Positions 31,269 to 42,918 of a stretch of DNA of 64,000 bases are shown here, piece by piece. A program made the translations under genes and the position numbers. Under the pieces are notes generated by a model, which had not been told where the DNA came from, searched no databases, and saw only the letters and a list, made by a program, of their open reading frames with translations. The stretch spans positions 1 to 64,000 of the forward strand of contig DASPSR010000030.1 in assembly GCA_035623825.1 (NCBI GenBank), read 5' to 3'. The DNA comes from Nitrospirota bacterium (lineage in GTDB: Bacteria > Nitrospirota > UBA9217). How positions within the stretch are numbered: the first letter of the stretch is position 1; the number at the start of each line of letters is the position of its first letter.

Positions 31269-34200
31269 ATGAATATCTCCCGAATCTTCATTGAGAGACC
31301 GGTAGCAACCACGCTCTTGATGATTGCTATTCTCCTTGCTGGCGCCGTGGCGTACAAGCAGTTGCCGGTCTCCGCGCTGCCGCAGGTTGATTACCCGACC
31401 ATCCAGGTCCGGACTTTCTATCCCGGGGCGAGCCCTGATGTCATGGCCTCTTCGGTGACCGCTCCGCTAGAGCGCCAGTTCGGACAGATGCCCGGTCTGA
31501 GCCAGATGACTTCGGCAAGTTCGGGAGGCAGCTCGGTCATCACGTTGCAATTCAGTCTTGATCTGAGCTTGGACGTGGCCGAGCAGGAAGTTCAGGCTTC
31601 CATTAATGCAGCATCCAATTTCCTGCCTGCCGATCTCCCGAATCCTCCGGTTTACAGCAAGATAAACCCCGCGGACGCCCCTGTTCTTATATTGGCACTG
31701 ACTTCGGATACGATGCCCTTGCCGAAAATTGAAGACCTTGCCGATACACGCTTTGCACAGAAAATATCTCAATTGGCAGGGGTCGGACTGGTCAGCATCA
31801 GCGGAGGACAGCGGCCTGCCGTGCGGATCGAAGCCAATCCGAGGTCGCTGGCAGCCTATGGGTTGTCACTCGAAGACCTGCGGACTGCTATTACCGCAGC
31901 AAATGTAAATGAGGCAAAGGGAGGCTTTGACGGACCGAAACAATCGTACGTCATAGGCGCCAACGATCAGCTTTTTACGAGCGCTCAGTTCAATTCGCTT
32001 ATCGTAGCCTATAGAAACGGCGCGCCTGTTCTCCTCTCCGACGTGGCCCGGGCAATCGATGACACAGAGAACGTTAATCAGGCCGCATGGATGAACACTA
32101 CCCCTGCGGTGATAGTCAATATCCAGCGCCAGCCGGGCGCCAATGTGATAGAGGTCGTCAATCGCATAAAGAAACTGCTGCCGCAACTGCGAAACTCTTT
32201 GCCGCCCGCTATAAAGGTATCTGTACTGACCGACCGCACGACTACCATCCGTGAGTCGGTTGCCGACGTACAGTACGAACTTATCCTGGCGGTGGCGCTG
32301 GTCGTATTTGTTATTTTTCTGTTTCTTCGCAACCTGCCTGCCACTACAATTCCGAGCGTTGCAGTTCCATTGTCCCTTGTCGGGACATTCGGGGTGATGT
32401 ACCTGCTGGGATTCAGCCTGAACAATCTGTCGATAATGGCCCTTACTATCTCAACAGGCTTCGTTGTCGATGATGCCATAGTCATGATCGAAAACATATC
32501 ACGCTATGTTGAAGCGGGGGAAAGCCCTCTTGACGCTGCTCTTAAGGGGGCGCAACAGATCGGGTTCACCATTCTCTCCCTGACTGTCTCATTAATTGCG
32601 GTGCTCATTCCGCTGCTTTTTATGGGAGATGTCGTGGGACGCTTATTCCGGGAATTCGCTGTGACCCTCGGAGTTACGATCTTGATTTCGGCGGTTGTAT
32701 CTCTGACGCTTACGCCCATGATGTGCTCGCGTATACTCAGGCATATACCGGAGGCGCGCCAGGGAAAGTTCTATCACAGATCGCAACAATTGTTCGAAAA
32801 GATCATCGAGGCGTACGGCAGGACGCTGAAATGGGTGCTAGATCACCAGACAGCTACACTTGTTGTAGCGGTGGCTACCCTCGTTCTGACAGTGTTGCTG
32901 TATGTTATAGCACCTAAGGGTTTTTTCCCTATTCAGGATACGGGGTCCATTCAAGGTATTTCTGAAGCGCCGCAGTCCATATCGTTCCTGGCAATGGCGG
33001 AGCGGCAGCAGGAGCTTGCAAAAGTGATTCTTAAAGACCCGGCAGTCGAAAGCCTGTCAACATTTATAGGGGTGGACGGCACTAATACGACACTAAATAC
33101 CGGAAGAATTCTTATTGACTTGAAACCACTCGAAAGTCGCAAAGCGACAGCGAGCGAAATTATCCGCCGGCTCCAGCCTGAACTATCAAAAGTGGACGGG
33201 ATCACGCTTTACATGCAGCCGGTGCAGGACCTTACAGTCGATGCTCGGGTCAGTCGCACGCAGTTTCAGTATACCCTAGATGACCCCAATGCGAATGAAC
33301 TGAACCTTTGGGCACCGAGGCTCGTGGAAGTGCTCCGTAAAAGTCCCGAGCTGCGTGACGTAAGCTCCGATCAGCAGGATAGAGGGCTCAGGGTTGCGCT
33401 CTCAATGGACCGAAGTACAGCTTCACGCTTCGGCATCACTCCTCAGATCATAGATAACATCCTCTATGATGCCTTTGGGCAGCGGCAGATCTCAACGATT
33501 TTCACTGAATTGAACCAGTATCGTGTTGTTTTGGGTGTCAAGCCGGATTTCCTGCAGGGTCCGGACGGCCTGCAATCTATTTATCTGCCCAGCACTGCAA
33601 GCACTTCTGGAGGCCAGGTGCCGCTGGGAGCCGTCATCCAGGTGTCGGAAACAACAGGACCGCTCGTGATCAACAGGCAGGGGCAGTTCCCTGTCGTAAC
33701 CACTTCCTTCAACCTGGCGCCAGGGGTGGCGTTAAGCAAGGCTGTGGAAGCTGTCGAGGATGCCGCTCGCAAAATAGGGTTTCCCGCAAGTATAGTAGGT
33801 AGTTTCCAGGGAACGGCACAGTCTTTCAAGGCGTCTCTCTCCAATCAGCCGTTTCTTATACTGGCGGCCCTCGTTACCGTCTACATAGTCTTAGGTGTGT
33901 TGTACGAGAGTTTTATTCACCCTATTACGATACTTTCCACCCTTCCATCCGCGGGTGTGGGAGCTGTACTGTCGCTGATGATCTTCGGTGCTGAGCTCGA
34001 TGTGATTGCGATTATAGGCATCATACTTCTGATCGGCATCGTGAAGAAAAACGGCATTATGATGGTGGACTTTGCCTTGGATGCCGAACGTAAGGAAGGC
34101 AAGAAGCCGGTTGATGCCATTTACCAAGCCTGCCTGTTGCGGTTCAGGCCTATTATGATGACGACCATGTCTGCGCTTCTCGGTGCACTGCCGCTTGCGC

Positions 34201-34373
34201 TGGGGCATGGGATGGGCTCAGAGCTTCGCCGTCCTCTCGGCATATCCATAATCGGCGGGCTCATCTTCAGCCAGGTGCTTACTCTTTATACAACGCCGGT
34301 AATCTATCTTGCATTCGATAGACTGGCAGAACGCATTCGCAATAGCCGCGGGAAGCGCCCAAATCAGGCATGA
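31269..34373 (+). CDS. mdtB: MdtB/MuxB RND transporter subunit
   Basis: [52 protein letters not shown]. Confidence 0.92.
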   Translation: MNISRIFIERPVATTLLMIAILLAGAVAYKQLPVSALPQVDYPTIQVRTFYPGASPDVMASSVTAPLERQFGQMPGLSQMTSASSGGSSVITLQFSLDLSLDVAEQEVQASINAASNFLPADLPNPPVYSKINPADAPVLILALTSDTMPLPKIEDLADTRFAQKISQLAGVGLVSISGGQRPAVRIEANPRSLAAYGLSLEDLRTAITAANVNEAKGGFDGPKQSYVIGANDQLFTSAQFNSLIVAYRNGAPVLLSDVARAIDDTENVNQAAWMNTTPAVIVNIQRQPGANVIEVVNRIKKLLPQLRNSLPPAIKVSVLTDRTTTIRESVADVQYELILAVALVVFVIFLFLRNLPATTIPSVAVPLSLVGTFGVMYLLGFSLNNLSIMALTISTGFVVDDAIVMIENISRYVEAGESPLDAALKGAQQIGFTILSLTVSLIAVLIPLLFMGDVVGRLFREFAVTLGVTILISAVVSLTLTPMMCSRILRHIPEARQGKFYHRSQQLFEKIIEAYGRTLKWVLDHQTATLVVAVATLVLTVLLYVIAPKGFFPIQDTGSIQGISEAPQSISFLAMAERQQELAKVILKDPAVESLSTFIGVDGTNTTLNTGRILIDLKPLESRKATASEIIRRLQPELSKVDGITLYMQPVQDLTVDARVSRTQFQYTLDDPNANELNLWAPRLVEVLRKSPELRDVSSDQQDRGLRVALSMDRSTASRFGITPQIIDNILYDAFGQRQISTIFTELNQYRVVLGVKPDFLQGPDGLQSIYLPSTASTSGGQVPLGAVIQVSETTGPLVINRQGQFPVVTTSFNLAPGVALSKAVEAVEDAARKIGFPASIVGSFQGTAQSFKASLSNQPFLILAALVTVYIVLGVLYESFIHPITILSTLPSAGVGAVLSLMIFGAELDVIAIIGIILLIGIVKKNGIMMVDFALDAERKEGKKPVDAIYQACLLRFRPIMMTTMSALLGALPLALGHGMGSELRRPLGISIIGGLIFSQVLTLYTTPVIYLAFDRLAERIRNSRGKRPNQA

Positions 34374-37300
34374 ATATCTCCGAAGTTTTCATCAAGAGGC
34401 CAGTAGCAACCTCGCTCCTCACATTCGGCATCGTCCTTGCCGGGGTGATCGCTGTCCGCCAGCTTCCTGTCTCTCCTTTGCCGCAGGTGGATTTCCCAAC
34501 AATATCAGTATCGGCGAGCCTCCCCGGGGCCGACCCTGAAACGATGGCAACATCAGTCGCTGCGCCGCTCGAGCGCCAGTTGGGGCATATTGCCGGCGTA
34601 ACAGAGATGACATCTGTTAGTAACAGGGGCACAGCGAGCATAACGCTGCAGTTTGATCTGGACCGTAACATCGACGGTGCGGCGCGAGATGTTCAGGCGG
34701 CGATAAACGCAGCTAGGGGATACCTGCCACCGAATCTCCCGAGCAACCCCACATACAGGAAAGTAAATCCATCCGACGCGCCCATTCTTATCATTGCCCT
34801 TACCTCCGATACATTGACAAGACCGCAGATATATGATGCGGCTTTTTCCATTATGGCGCAAAAACTGTCGCAGGTGAAGGGCGTCGGACAGGTGTTTGTG
34901 GGAGGAAGCTCTCTCCCGGCTGTCCGCGTCGAATTGAATCCATTGGCCCTCAGCTCTTACGGGATCAGCCTTGAGACCGTCCGCGGTGTTCTGTCCAGCA
35001 CTAACGCAAACAGGCCGAAAGGAAAGCTGGCAAAGGGTGATAAAATGTGGGAGATCCAGACCAATGACCAGCTCTTTACCGCCAAAGAATACGAACCCAC
35101 GATTATAACCTACAAGGCCGGGGCGGCCGTAAGGCTGCTTGATGTCGGACAGGTGCTGGATTCGGTTGAGGACATTCGCACGGCAGGGTATGTCAATGGC
35201 AAGCCGTCCGTCTTTCTTGTCATCTTTCGACAACCCGGCGCGAATATTATCGAAACAGTCGACAATGTTCATGGACTGCTCCCGCAATTACAGGCTGCCA
35301 TCCCGGCATCGATCGACCTCTCAACCGTCGTTGATCGCACCCCGCCCATACGGGGTTCATTAAAAAATGTCGAGGAATCGCTCATCGCCTCGGGCGTTCT
35401 CGTCATCCTGGTTGTATTCTGGTTTCTCCGTAATGCCAGGGCAACATTCATTCCAGCTGTAGCTATAATAGTGTCGATTGTTGGGACATTTGCCCTGATG
35501 TATCTGTTCGGTTACTCCCTGGATAATCTTTCCCTTATGGCGCTTACTATCGCAACCGGGTTTGTTGTCGATGATGCTATAGTTGTTCTCGAAAACATTA
35601 CGCGGTACATGGAAAAAGGGGAATCACAGCTCCAGGCTGCTTTTTCGGGCACAAAAGAGATTTCTTTTACGGTTCTGTCAATGAGTCTTTCACTGGTAGC
35701 CGTGTTTATCCCGATTCTCCTCATGGGTGGCATGGTCGGCCGCCTGTTTCGTGAATTTGCCGTGACGCTCTCCGCGGCAGTCATTGTCTCGCTTGTAGTA
35801 TCATTATCGACTACTCCGATGATGTGCGCTACGCTGCTCAAGCCTGAAAAGCCTTATAAACGGGCGGCATTTTACCGTGCGAGCGAGCGGATTTTCAACT
35901 GGATGTATTCAACTTATGAGCGGAGCCTTTCTTGGGCCCTACGGCATTCCAGGTTCATGATCGTATTAATGTTATTGACGATTTTAATGAGTATCGCATT
36001 GCTTATTGCTGTTCCAAAGGGTTTCTTCCCGGAGCAGGACAGCGGGCGTCTTTCAGGCGGTATCCAGGCTGACCAGCATATATCGTTTCAGGAAATGGAG
36101 CAGAAGCTTCTCCAGATAGTCAATATAATCAAAAAAGATCCTGATGTGGTATATGTTACGGGGTTCACCGGCGGAGGCGGAGGTTCCACGACAAATACCG
36201 CACGCATGTTCATAACATTGAAGGCCTTCGGAGAGAGGAAGGCGACTGCTATGCAGGTTATTGCGAGGTTGCGCAAGAAGCTTTCACTGGTGGCTGGTGC
36301 GTCGACTTTTCTTGCCCCTGTGCAGGACTTGCGCATCGGGGGCAGGATAGGAAACGCATTATACCAATACACTCTTATAGGAGACAATGTAACAGAGTTG
36401 AACAAGTGGGGACAGAGCGTGCTGCAGAAAATGCGCACCTTTCCCCAACTTACCGATGTGAACAGCGATCAGCAGGATAAGGGACTGCAGGCGATGCTTG
36501 TCATAGACCGCGATACCGCCTCCCGGATGCAGGTAACCCCGCAACTTCTTGATAAAACCCTATACGATGCCTTTGGTCAGGAGCAGGTGTCTGTCATGTA
36601 CACCCTCCTGAATCAGTACCATGTTGTCATGGAAGTGGAACCACGTTTCTGGCAGCACCCTGAAACGCTGAGGGAAATTTATGTATCGACATCCAGCGGA
36701 GCGCAGGTGCCCCTGAGCGCATTCACCCATTTCGAGCCGATTGCCACGTCACTCGCGGTGAACCATCAGGGCCAATTCCCCGCTGTGACAATATCTTTTA
36801 ATCTGGCGCCTGGCGTGGCGCTTGGTGATGCGGTTAAACTGATCGAAAATAATATTCGGCAAATGGGATTGCCGGAGAACATACGGGGCAGTTTTGCCGG
36901 GACAGCCCAAGCGTTCCAGGCATCTCTTGCAAACGAACCGTTCCTTATCCTGGCCGCACTTGTCACGGTATATATTGTATTGGGAATTCTGTATGAAAGC
37001 TATATCCACCCGATTACTATCCTTTCCACGTTGCCTTCCGCCGGGGTGGGGGCGGTGCTCGCGATGCTGATCTCCGGCACTGACTTAAGCATCATAGCGC
37101 TGATCGGCATGGTCCTGCTTATCGGTATAGTCAAAAAAAATGGTATCATGATGGTCGATTTTGCGCTTGAGCTAGAACGTAAGGAAGGCAAAAGTTCCGA
37201 GGAGGCTATATACCAGGCTTGCCTGCTGAGGTTCCGTCCCATTATGATGACAACTATGGCTGCACTCCTGGGGGCATTGCCGCTGGCAGTGAAAGGCGGA

Positions 37301-37504
37301 GTCGGGTCCGAAATGCGCCGCCCGCTTGGCATTGCCATTGTGGGCGGGCTGATATTCAGCCAAATGCTCACGCTTTACACAACGCCGGTAGTTTATCTTT
37401 ACCTTGACCGGTTCAGGATCTGGTTTGAAAGTGTGCGCGGGCGCCGCAAAACCCAAAGAATTCATGTATCGGGAGCCGCGGCGACAAGAGACGGAAATCG
37501 ATGA
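34370..37504 (+). CDS. mdtC: MdtC/MuxC RND transporter subunit
   Basis: [51 protein letters not shown] overlap with mdtB. Confidence 0.92.
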   Translation: MNISEVFIKRPVATSLLTFGIVLAGVIAVRQLPVSPLPQVDFPTISVSASLPGADPETMATSVAAPLERQLGHIAGVTEMTSVSNRGTASITLQFDLDRNIDGAARDVQAAINAARGYLPPNLPSNPTYRKVNPSDAPILIIALTSDTLTRPQIYDAAFSIMAQKLSQVKGVGQVFVGGSSLPAVRVELNPLALSSYGISLETVRGVLSSTNANRPKGKLAKGDKMWEIQTNDQLFTAKEYEPTIITYKAGAAVRLLDVGQVLDSVEDIRTAGYVNGKPSVFLVIFRQPGANIIETVDNVHGLLPQLQAAIPASIDLSTVVDRTPPIRGSLKNVEESLIASGVLVILVVFWFLRNARATFIPAVAIIVSIVGTFALMYLFGYSLDNLSLMALTIATGFVVDDAIVVLENITRYMEKGESQLQAAFSGTKEISFTVLSMSLSLVAVFIPILLMGGMVGRLFREFAVTLSAAVIVSLVVSLSTTPMMCATLLKPEKPYKRAAFYRASERIFNWMYSTYERSLSWALRHSRFMIVLMLLTILMSIALLIAVPKGFFPEQDSGRLSGGIQADQHISFQEMEQKLLQIVNIIKKDPDVVYVTGFTGGGGGSTTNTARMFITLKAFGERKATAMQVIARLRKKLSLVAGASTFLAPVQDLRIGGRIGNALYQYTLIGDNVTELNKWGQSVLQKMRTFPQLTDVNSDQQDKGLQAMLVIDRDTASRMQVTPQLLDKTLYDAFGQEQVSVMYTLLNQYHVVMEVEPRFWQHPETLREIYVSTSSGAQVPLSAFTHFEPIATSLAVNHQGQFPAVTISFNLAPGVALGDAVKLIENNIRQMGLPENIRGSFAGTAQAFQASLANEPFLILAALVTVYIVLGILYESYIHPITILSTLPSAGVGAVLAMLISGTDLSIIALIGMVLLIGIVKKNGIMMVDFALELERKEGKSSEEAIYQACLLRFRPIMMTTMAALLGALPLAVKGGVGSEMRRPLGIAIVGGLIFSQMLTLYTTPVVYLYLDRFRIWFESVRGRRKTQRIHVSGAAATRDGNR

Positions 37505-38532
37505 GAGGAAATGTGGTCATGAGAACGGTAGTATTCCTATTTTGTTGCCTCATTCTCAGCGTGAATGCCTATGCAGCAGAACCCGGTTATCATATCATCA
37601 AAAGACTGCACCTCGGCGGAGAAGGCGGCTGGGATTACGTCACTGTGGACAACGCAGCTCGACGGTTGTACATTTCTCGAAGCTCCCATGTTCTGGTGCT
37701 CGATATCGATACGGATAAATTGGTTGGTGATATTCCTGATACACCAGGTGTACATGGAATTGCAGTGGCTCCGGAGCTGCAACGCGGTTTTATAAGCAAT
37801 GGAAAAGCAGACACGGCAGCGATTTTCGAGTTGGGAACATTGAAGGTCCTCGGGCGGGTGAAAACGGGAACCAATCCTGATGCGATCCTTTATGACCCCG
37901 CGACGAAACGGGTATTCACGTTCAATGGCCGCAGCAATGATGCAACGGTGTTCGATCCCATGTCCGCTAAGGTCGTGGGTACGATCGTACTCGGCGGTAA
38001 ACCAGAATTTGCCGTAACAGACGGCAAGGGAAGGATCTATGTGAATATAGAGGATACGAGCGAAATTGTTGAAATCGACAGTCGCGAATTGACGGTAATT
38101 AAGAGGACTTCACTTAAGCCTTGCAAAGATCCCACGGGAATGGCCATCGATGCGGGTCGTCACCGGGTCTTTTCCGGCTGCCGCAGCAAGGTTATGGCTG
38201 TTCTGGATACTGAGTCGGACAAAGTGATGGCCTTCGTTCCAATCGGCGAGGGTGTCGATGGAAACGGGTTTGATCCGGGGACAGGACTGGCGTTCAGTTC
38301 CAACGGAGACGGCACTCTTACGGTGGTGCACGAAGCATCTCCCGGCAAGTTTGAGGTGGCCGAGACAGTCACCACGCAACGGGGATCTCGCACGATGGCC
38401 ATCGATCCGAAGACCCACAACATATACTTGCCAGCTGCATCGTTTGCACAGCAGACGCCAGCAGAGGAAGGACCAAAGCAGCGGCCGGTAATGATCAGGG
38501 ACAGTTTTACAATCTTGGTGGTCGGGAGATAG
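37501..38532 (+). CDS. YncE/YVTN-type beta-propeller periplasmic protein
   Basis: Signal peptide, GGEGGWDY, repeated blades (GVHGIA, NPDAILYD, GKPEFAV, GVDG). Confidence 0.85.
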   Translation: MRGNVVMRTVVFLFCCLILSVNAYAAEPGYHIIKRLHLGGEGGWDYVTVDNAARRLYISRSSHVLVLDIDTDKLVGDIPDTPGVHGIAVAPELQRGFISNGKADTAAIFELGTLKVLGRVKTGTNPDAILYDPATKRVFTFNGRSNDATVFDPMSAKVVGTIVLGGKPEFAVTDGKGRIYVNIEDTSEIVEIDSRELTVIKRTSLKPCKDPTGMAIDAGRHRVFSGCRSKVMAVLDTESDKVMAFVPIGEGVDGNGFDPGTGLAFSSNGDGTLTVVHEASPGKFEVAETVTTQRGSRTMAIDPKTHNIYLPAASFAQQTPAEEGPKQRPVMIRDSFTILVVGR

Positions 38533-38796
38533 GCTTCGTCGACAAGGACCCGTCCATTAGACAGGGAGGCAATTACTGCCCTCGGGGGAAACTAATATGG
38601 GGCTCGATTATTTGGAATGTTGATATTGCTTATTTCGGAGTTGGTTGTATTTACATGTTATGGGGGAGGTGGAGGTATTTCTCTAGTCAGCATGAGAACC
38701 GTGAACGTGACACATCTGGCCGGATCGTCAGAGGCGTGTGAACAGCGGCCCGCCATGGTTACGCTCTTTTATCATGACTGATGGTTTCCTCATTGT

Positions 38797-39954
38797 TCAG
38801 ATCCTGATTCTACTCATTGGAAGTGTTATAATCACTCGCGCACCCTTTTCCATTCTTTGAAGCGAAAGCGCGCCTCCATGCGCAGTTGCAATTTTTTTCG
38901 CAAGATACAATCCCAGCCCGCCACCACGGGATCGGTTGGTTACGAAAGGATCGGTCAATTTATCGAGATCTTCAGTCGGAGAAAACCCCGCTCCATTGTC
39001 TTCGCATGTGATGCCCACATTCGACATCCCATCCTCCGGGCGGGGATTGAGATGAATTTTGATTCTGTCCGCCCCGGCTTCCCGGCTGTTTCTCAGCAAA
39101 TTCTTAAAAAGCAGTTCCAGATAGAATTTGTCCCCAAAGATCATAAGCTTCGTGGGGATATCCACGATTATCCCTATCGTCGCGGCTTTTTTCAAAATAT
39201 CTCCGATTGCGGTCCATTCACCGTTCCGGACATCGATCTCCTTCCCGTAAGCAAGGAGATTGTCTATCAACTGTTGGGTTCGATTGATCTCTTCACCGGT
39301 TAGTTCAATGAAGCGTTTGACGAACTGTTCGTCCGCCCGGCGGGAGGGAAATGCCTGGAGAAGGTTCGATATAGAGGCAATCGGGGTTTTCAGTTCGTGT
39401 GCAAGCGCCGCCGACATGCGCCCGAGCAATGCCAATGCTTCATGCTGATGCAAGGCGGTGGTGAATTGCTGCTTCATGACGAGGGACTTCTTCCTATTCT
39501 CGAGGAAGTAAACAGTGAAAGTGAAAAAGATGATGGTCGCTGCAATCCCTGCATAAGCCCTCACATCCAAGAAGGTGAACTCGGATTCCAGATATTCATC
39601 CCGTAAGTAAACGTCGAGCAAATAGTCCCTACCGCTCAACGTAAAAAGGAAATCTTCATCGTCGACTCCAGGCCCGCTGGCTTTCCCATGTTCAAAGGCA
39701 ACCACTTTGTCTGCCATGACCGTCTTGATATAGTTTGTGATAAAGCTCTTTTCGTGGCTGGGTCTGTTAATGGCCGCCTCGTTAAACAACACGAGGGTTT
39801 TTTTGATATCGCTTTCCACGGATGCACGGATACTTTTTTCAATTGCAATATTTTCAGTCTTGTCGACGATAAAAGCAACAACGATACCGACAATCACGGA
39901 ACCAACGAGGCAGGAAACGATTGTTAATGTCTGCTTCAGCATAGAATTATTCAT
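38797..39954 (-). CDS. Orphan sensor histidine kinase (NtrB-like H-box)
   Basis: Two TM helices, LGRMSAALAHELKTPI, NLLRNS, DNGAGF, GGGLGL. Confidence 0.88.
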   Translation of the reverse strand: MNNSMLKQTLTIVSCLVGSVIVGIVVAFIVDKTENIAIEKSIRASVESDIKKTLVLFNEAAINRPSHEKSFITNYIKTVMADKVVAFEHGKASGPGVDDEDFLFTLSGRDYLLDVYLRDEYLESEFTFLDVRAYAGIAATIIFFTFTVYFLENRKKSLVMKQQFTTALHQHEALALLGRMSAALAHELKTPIASISNLLQAFPSRRADEQFVKRFIELTGEEINRTQQLIDNLLAYGKEIDVRNGEWTAIGDILKKAATIGIIVDIPTKLMIFGDKFYLELLFKNLLRNSREAGADRIKIHLNPRPEDGMSNVGITCEDNGAGFSPTEDLDKLTDPFVTNRSRGGGLGLYLAKKIATAHGGALSLQRMEKGARVIITLPMSRIRI

Positions 39955-40119
39955 AGTGAAATCTGCACTTGAAAATTACCACCATTGCCTTACCCCTGTC
40001 AATCGATATTATAATGGGAGTGGATGAGCAGGGATCCCGACTCGCGGACGGCAGAAAACACAAAGAAGTCTTATACCGGGAACCGGCGCAACGAGAGAAG
40101 AAATCGAAGATAGGGAATG

Positions 40120-40295
40120 TTGATCCGGGGACGGGACTTGCGTTCAGTTCCAATTGGAGACGACACGCTGCCGTGGTGTATGAAGCATCTTGGCAAGTTT
40201 GAGGTGGTCGAGACAGTCTCCACGCAACAGGGATCTCGCACGATGGTCATCGAACCGAGCCGGGGCCCCACAACATATACGTGCCACCTGTATCG
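40120..40295 (+). pseudogene. Frameshifted duplicate of the 3' part of the yncE-like gene (copy of 38270-38442)
   Basis: Near-identical DNA (TTGATCCGGGGAC..GCGTTCAGTTCCAA..GGCAAGTTTGAGGTGG..GGATCTCGCACGATGG..CACAACATATAC) with several indels. Confidence 0.9.
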
Positions 40296-40343
40296 ATGAG
40301 GACCTGTCTGTTAAACCGCGGGAAATTATTCTCTCGGGAAAAA

Positions 40344-42413
40344 CTAATACGGAGACTCGAAACAGGCGCTGAACCCCTTCGATGCCTGCTCCCGATGTAC
40401 CACTTTCTGCAGTTGTTGCCCGCTTGATTCAAGCATGCTGGACGCGGAGAATTGCTCCCACTTACTGACATGCATGAGCCTGACAACCCTGTTAGCAATG
40501 CTTTTTCTTTCATCCGGTGTTATCACCACGCATGATATGCTTTTGCGGCAATATCCGGAATAGCTGCAACCGACATTATGGCACATGTCATCGACGGATA
40601 TACTCTTGGACAAATTCCTCGGCTGGTCGATATCACAGCCTTTGATCGCTGCGACATGATATGCAAGGAGCTGCAGCGGTACAATGGTGACAAAGGGGAC
40701 GAGTGCGGGATGTGTCGACGGCACAACGATCATGTGGTCCACGTTGTCGCGAAAGGCAGCCGGAGAATCCGTAACCACGATGATTCTTCCGCCTCGCTCT
40801 TTCACCTCCTCGATGTTCGATAGGATCTTCTCTTGCAGGCCGTCGATCGTTGCAAGGAATACAACGGGGACTCCGTCCTCGATGAGCGCGATAGGGCCAT
40901 GTTTCATTTCTCCCGCCGGATATCCATCCGCGTGAATGTAGGCGAGTTCTTTCATCTTGAGCGCGCCTTCAAGCGCTATAGGGTAGTTGATTCCCCGACC
41001 TACGTACAGCATGCTCTTCGCGCCCGCCAGGGTCTTTGCGATTTCCTTGATTACTCCCTCGGTTTGTAGCGCCTGACGAATGAGCCTGGGCAGATCGAGC
41101 ATGAACGGCTTGAGCGTCTGAGTCTCGAGGTCGCTAAGTTTGCCTTTCTTAGTACCCAGGGCAATACCCAGAAGGCTCAAAGCGGCAAGCTGAGCGGTAA
41201 AGGACTTGGTGGATACAACCCCGATCTCCAATCCCGCTCGCGTGTAGAGGACCGAATCCGCTTCGCGGGCAGTTGTGCTCCCGACGACATTGCAGATCGT
41301 TAGGGTCCTTGCTCCTTTTTTCTTCGCTTCACGTTGTGCTGCGAGGGTATCTGCTGTTTCTCCAGACTGCGTAATGGTGATGAGGACAGTTCCTTTCGGG
41401 ATGATCGGGCACATGTCCCGGAATTCCGAGGCGATGTCCACAGCCACAGGGATTCGCACAAACTTCTCGATCATGTAACGGCCGGCTAGGCCTGCATGGT
41501 AAGACGTACCGCAGGCTACAATATGGAGCCGCCTGAGATCCTTGATGGTACCTGAAAAGCCGGTCTCCTCAATGAGCCTGTTCGTGTCATCGGTCCACTC
41601 CCGCAGAGTATCCATGACCCCCTGGGGTTGCTCGTATATCTCTTTGAGCATGAAGTGGTCGTATCCGTGCTTTTCTGCCATTGAAGGCGTCCAGTCTACC
41701 GTCGTTATCTTCCGTTCCGGTTGCAGGGTCTCCAGAGACACGACATGCTTCAAATCGACCCCGCTACGCCTGAGCGCGGCTAAGTACTGATCTTCGAGAT
41801 AAATGAAACTCTTCGTGTAGGGGAGGAGTGCGGCAACATCAGATGCAATGAAATATGCATCCGTGCTTATTCCAATGACTAGCGGGCTGCCGTTGCGGAT
41901 CGCAAACAGCGTATCAGGCGTGCCATCGTATATGATCCCTAGGGCGTAGACCCCGCGAAGGCGCTCGATTGCTCGTTGGATCGCCTCATCGATCTGAAGA
42001 CCTTGGTCGAGGTAGCGAGCGATGAGCTGAGGTACTACCTCTGTGTCCGTCTGGGATGTGAAAACACAACCTGCCGCCGTTAGTTCGGTCCTCAACCCGT
42101 GGTAATTTTCAATGATGCCGTTATGTACCACGGATACTCCATTCACGGTATGCGGATGAGCATTGGCTCCCGATGGCACCCCATGTGTGGCCCATCGGGT
42201 ATGACCGATACCGAGCGTGATGTCTGGTAACGGAATCGGCATTATCTTCTGGAGGTCCCTCAACTTGCCTTGATTCTTATAAATCTCGATACTCGATCCG
42301 TTTTTAAATGCAATTCCCGATGAATCGCAACCACGGTACTCCAAACGTGTAAGACCATCAAAGAGAAGCTGCAAAGAATCCTTTTTCCCAACATATCCTA
42401 TAATTCCGCACAT
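40344..42413 (-). CDS. glmS: Glutamine--fructose-6-phosphate transaminase (isomerizing) with read-through C-terminal tail; canonical stop would be at 40588
   Basis: MCGIIG, GHTRWATHG, HNGIIEN, TQSGETAD, EGALKMKE, DQPRNLSKSISV. Confidence 0.93.
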   Translation of the reverse strand: MCGIIGYVGKKDSLQLLFDGLTRLEYRGCDSSGIAFKNGSSIEIYKNQGKLRDLQKIMPIPLPDITLGIGHTRWATHGVPSGANAHPHTVNGVSVVHNGIIENYHGLRTELTAAGCVFTSQTDTEVVPQLIARYLDQGLQIDEAIQRAIERLRGVYALGIIYDGTPDTLFAIRNGSPLVIGISTDAYFIASDVAALLPYTKSFIYLEDQYLAALRRSGVDLKHVVSLETLQPERKITTVDWTPSMAEKHGYDHFMLKEIYEQPQGVMDTLREWTDDTNRLIEETGFSGTIKDLRRLHIVACGTSYHAGLAGRYMIEKFVRIPVAVDIASEFRDMCPIIPKGTVLITITQSGETADTLAAQREAKKKGARTLTICNVVGSTTAREADSVLYTRAGLEIGVVSTKSFTAQLAALSLLGIALGTKKGKLSDLETQTLKPFMLDLPRLIRQALQTEGVIKEIAKTLAGAKSMLYVGRGINYPIALEGALKMKELAYIHADGYPAGEMKHGPIALIEDGVPVVFLATIDGLQEKILSNIEEVKERGGRIIVVTDSPAAFRDNVDHMIVVPSTHPALVPFVTIVPLQLLAYHVAAIKGCDIDQPRNLSKSISVDDMCHNVGCSYSGYCRKSISCVVITPDERKSIANRVVRLMHVSKWEQFSASSMLESSGQQLQKVVHREQASKGFSACFESPY

Positions 42414-42488
42414 GATTTCTCCCTCAAACAGACGACATTATATCTATAATGGCATTCGTATTCTAGTCATGATCACTGTTAAATCTCA

Positions 42489-42505
42489 AGCAAGAAAAAT
42501 GCCGG
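42489..42505 (-). promoter_or_regulatory. sigma54 (-24/-12) promoter for glmS
   Basis: Minus strand CCGGCATTTTTCTTGCT (GG-N10-GC) about 75 bp upstream of the glmS ATG, next to an AT-rich region. Confidence 0.6.
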
Positions 42506-42918
42506 ATACTGTCAATTTGGCCCGGGAGTGATGAAATTTCTTAAGTTCTCCCCTTTTATTTTATATTTTAATGAGTTATAACTCTGCATCACTGGTATTT
42601 TAGAATCTTAGAAAAGGGAATGACCTTAAATTTCTTATTTGGGGTGAATTGGCACTGAATCAATCATTAAGTATTACAATTAGAGTATACAAAGTATCCA
42701 AAGAAAATCAGAATTTTAATTAATTCTCAAATAGGGCATAGTGATGTATCCATAAGATACAATATTATTGTTTTTATTTATATAATGTGTGTCAAATATA
42801 TACATAAATTAATAAGAAATGCAAGTGAGCCACCAAGTTTTTTCGCCAAAGATTGATATTTCAATTTACACATGCTATAGTTCCGCTCATTTAATAACAT
42901 TTTGGTATAAAGGGGCGC

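Noticed and set aside
31269-37504. DNA similarity between mdtB and mdtC as a repeat
   Set aside because: Ordinary paralogy of the heteromeric RND subunits.
40344-40587. Novel Cys-rich C-terminal domain on GlmS
   Set aside because: More simply explained by a 1-nt deletion that removes the canonical V-E-stop.
42414-42900. glmS ribozyme upstream of glmS
   Set aside because: No AGCGCC-type core or GC-rich stems are visible on the minus strand, and the region is very AT-rich.
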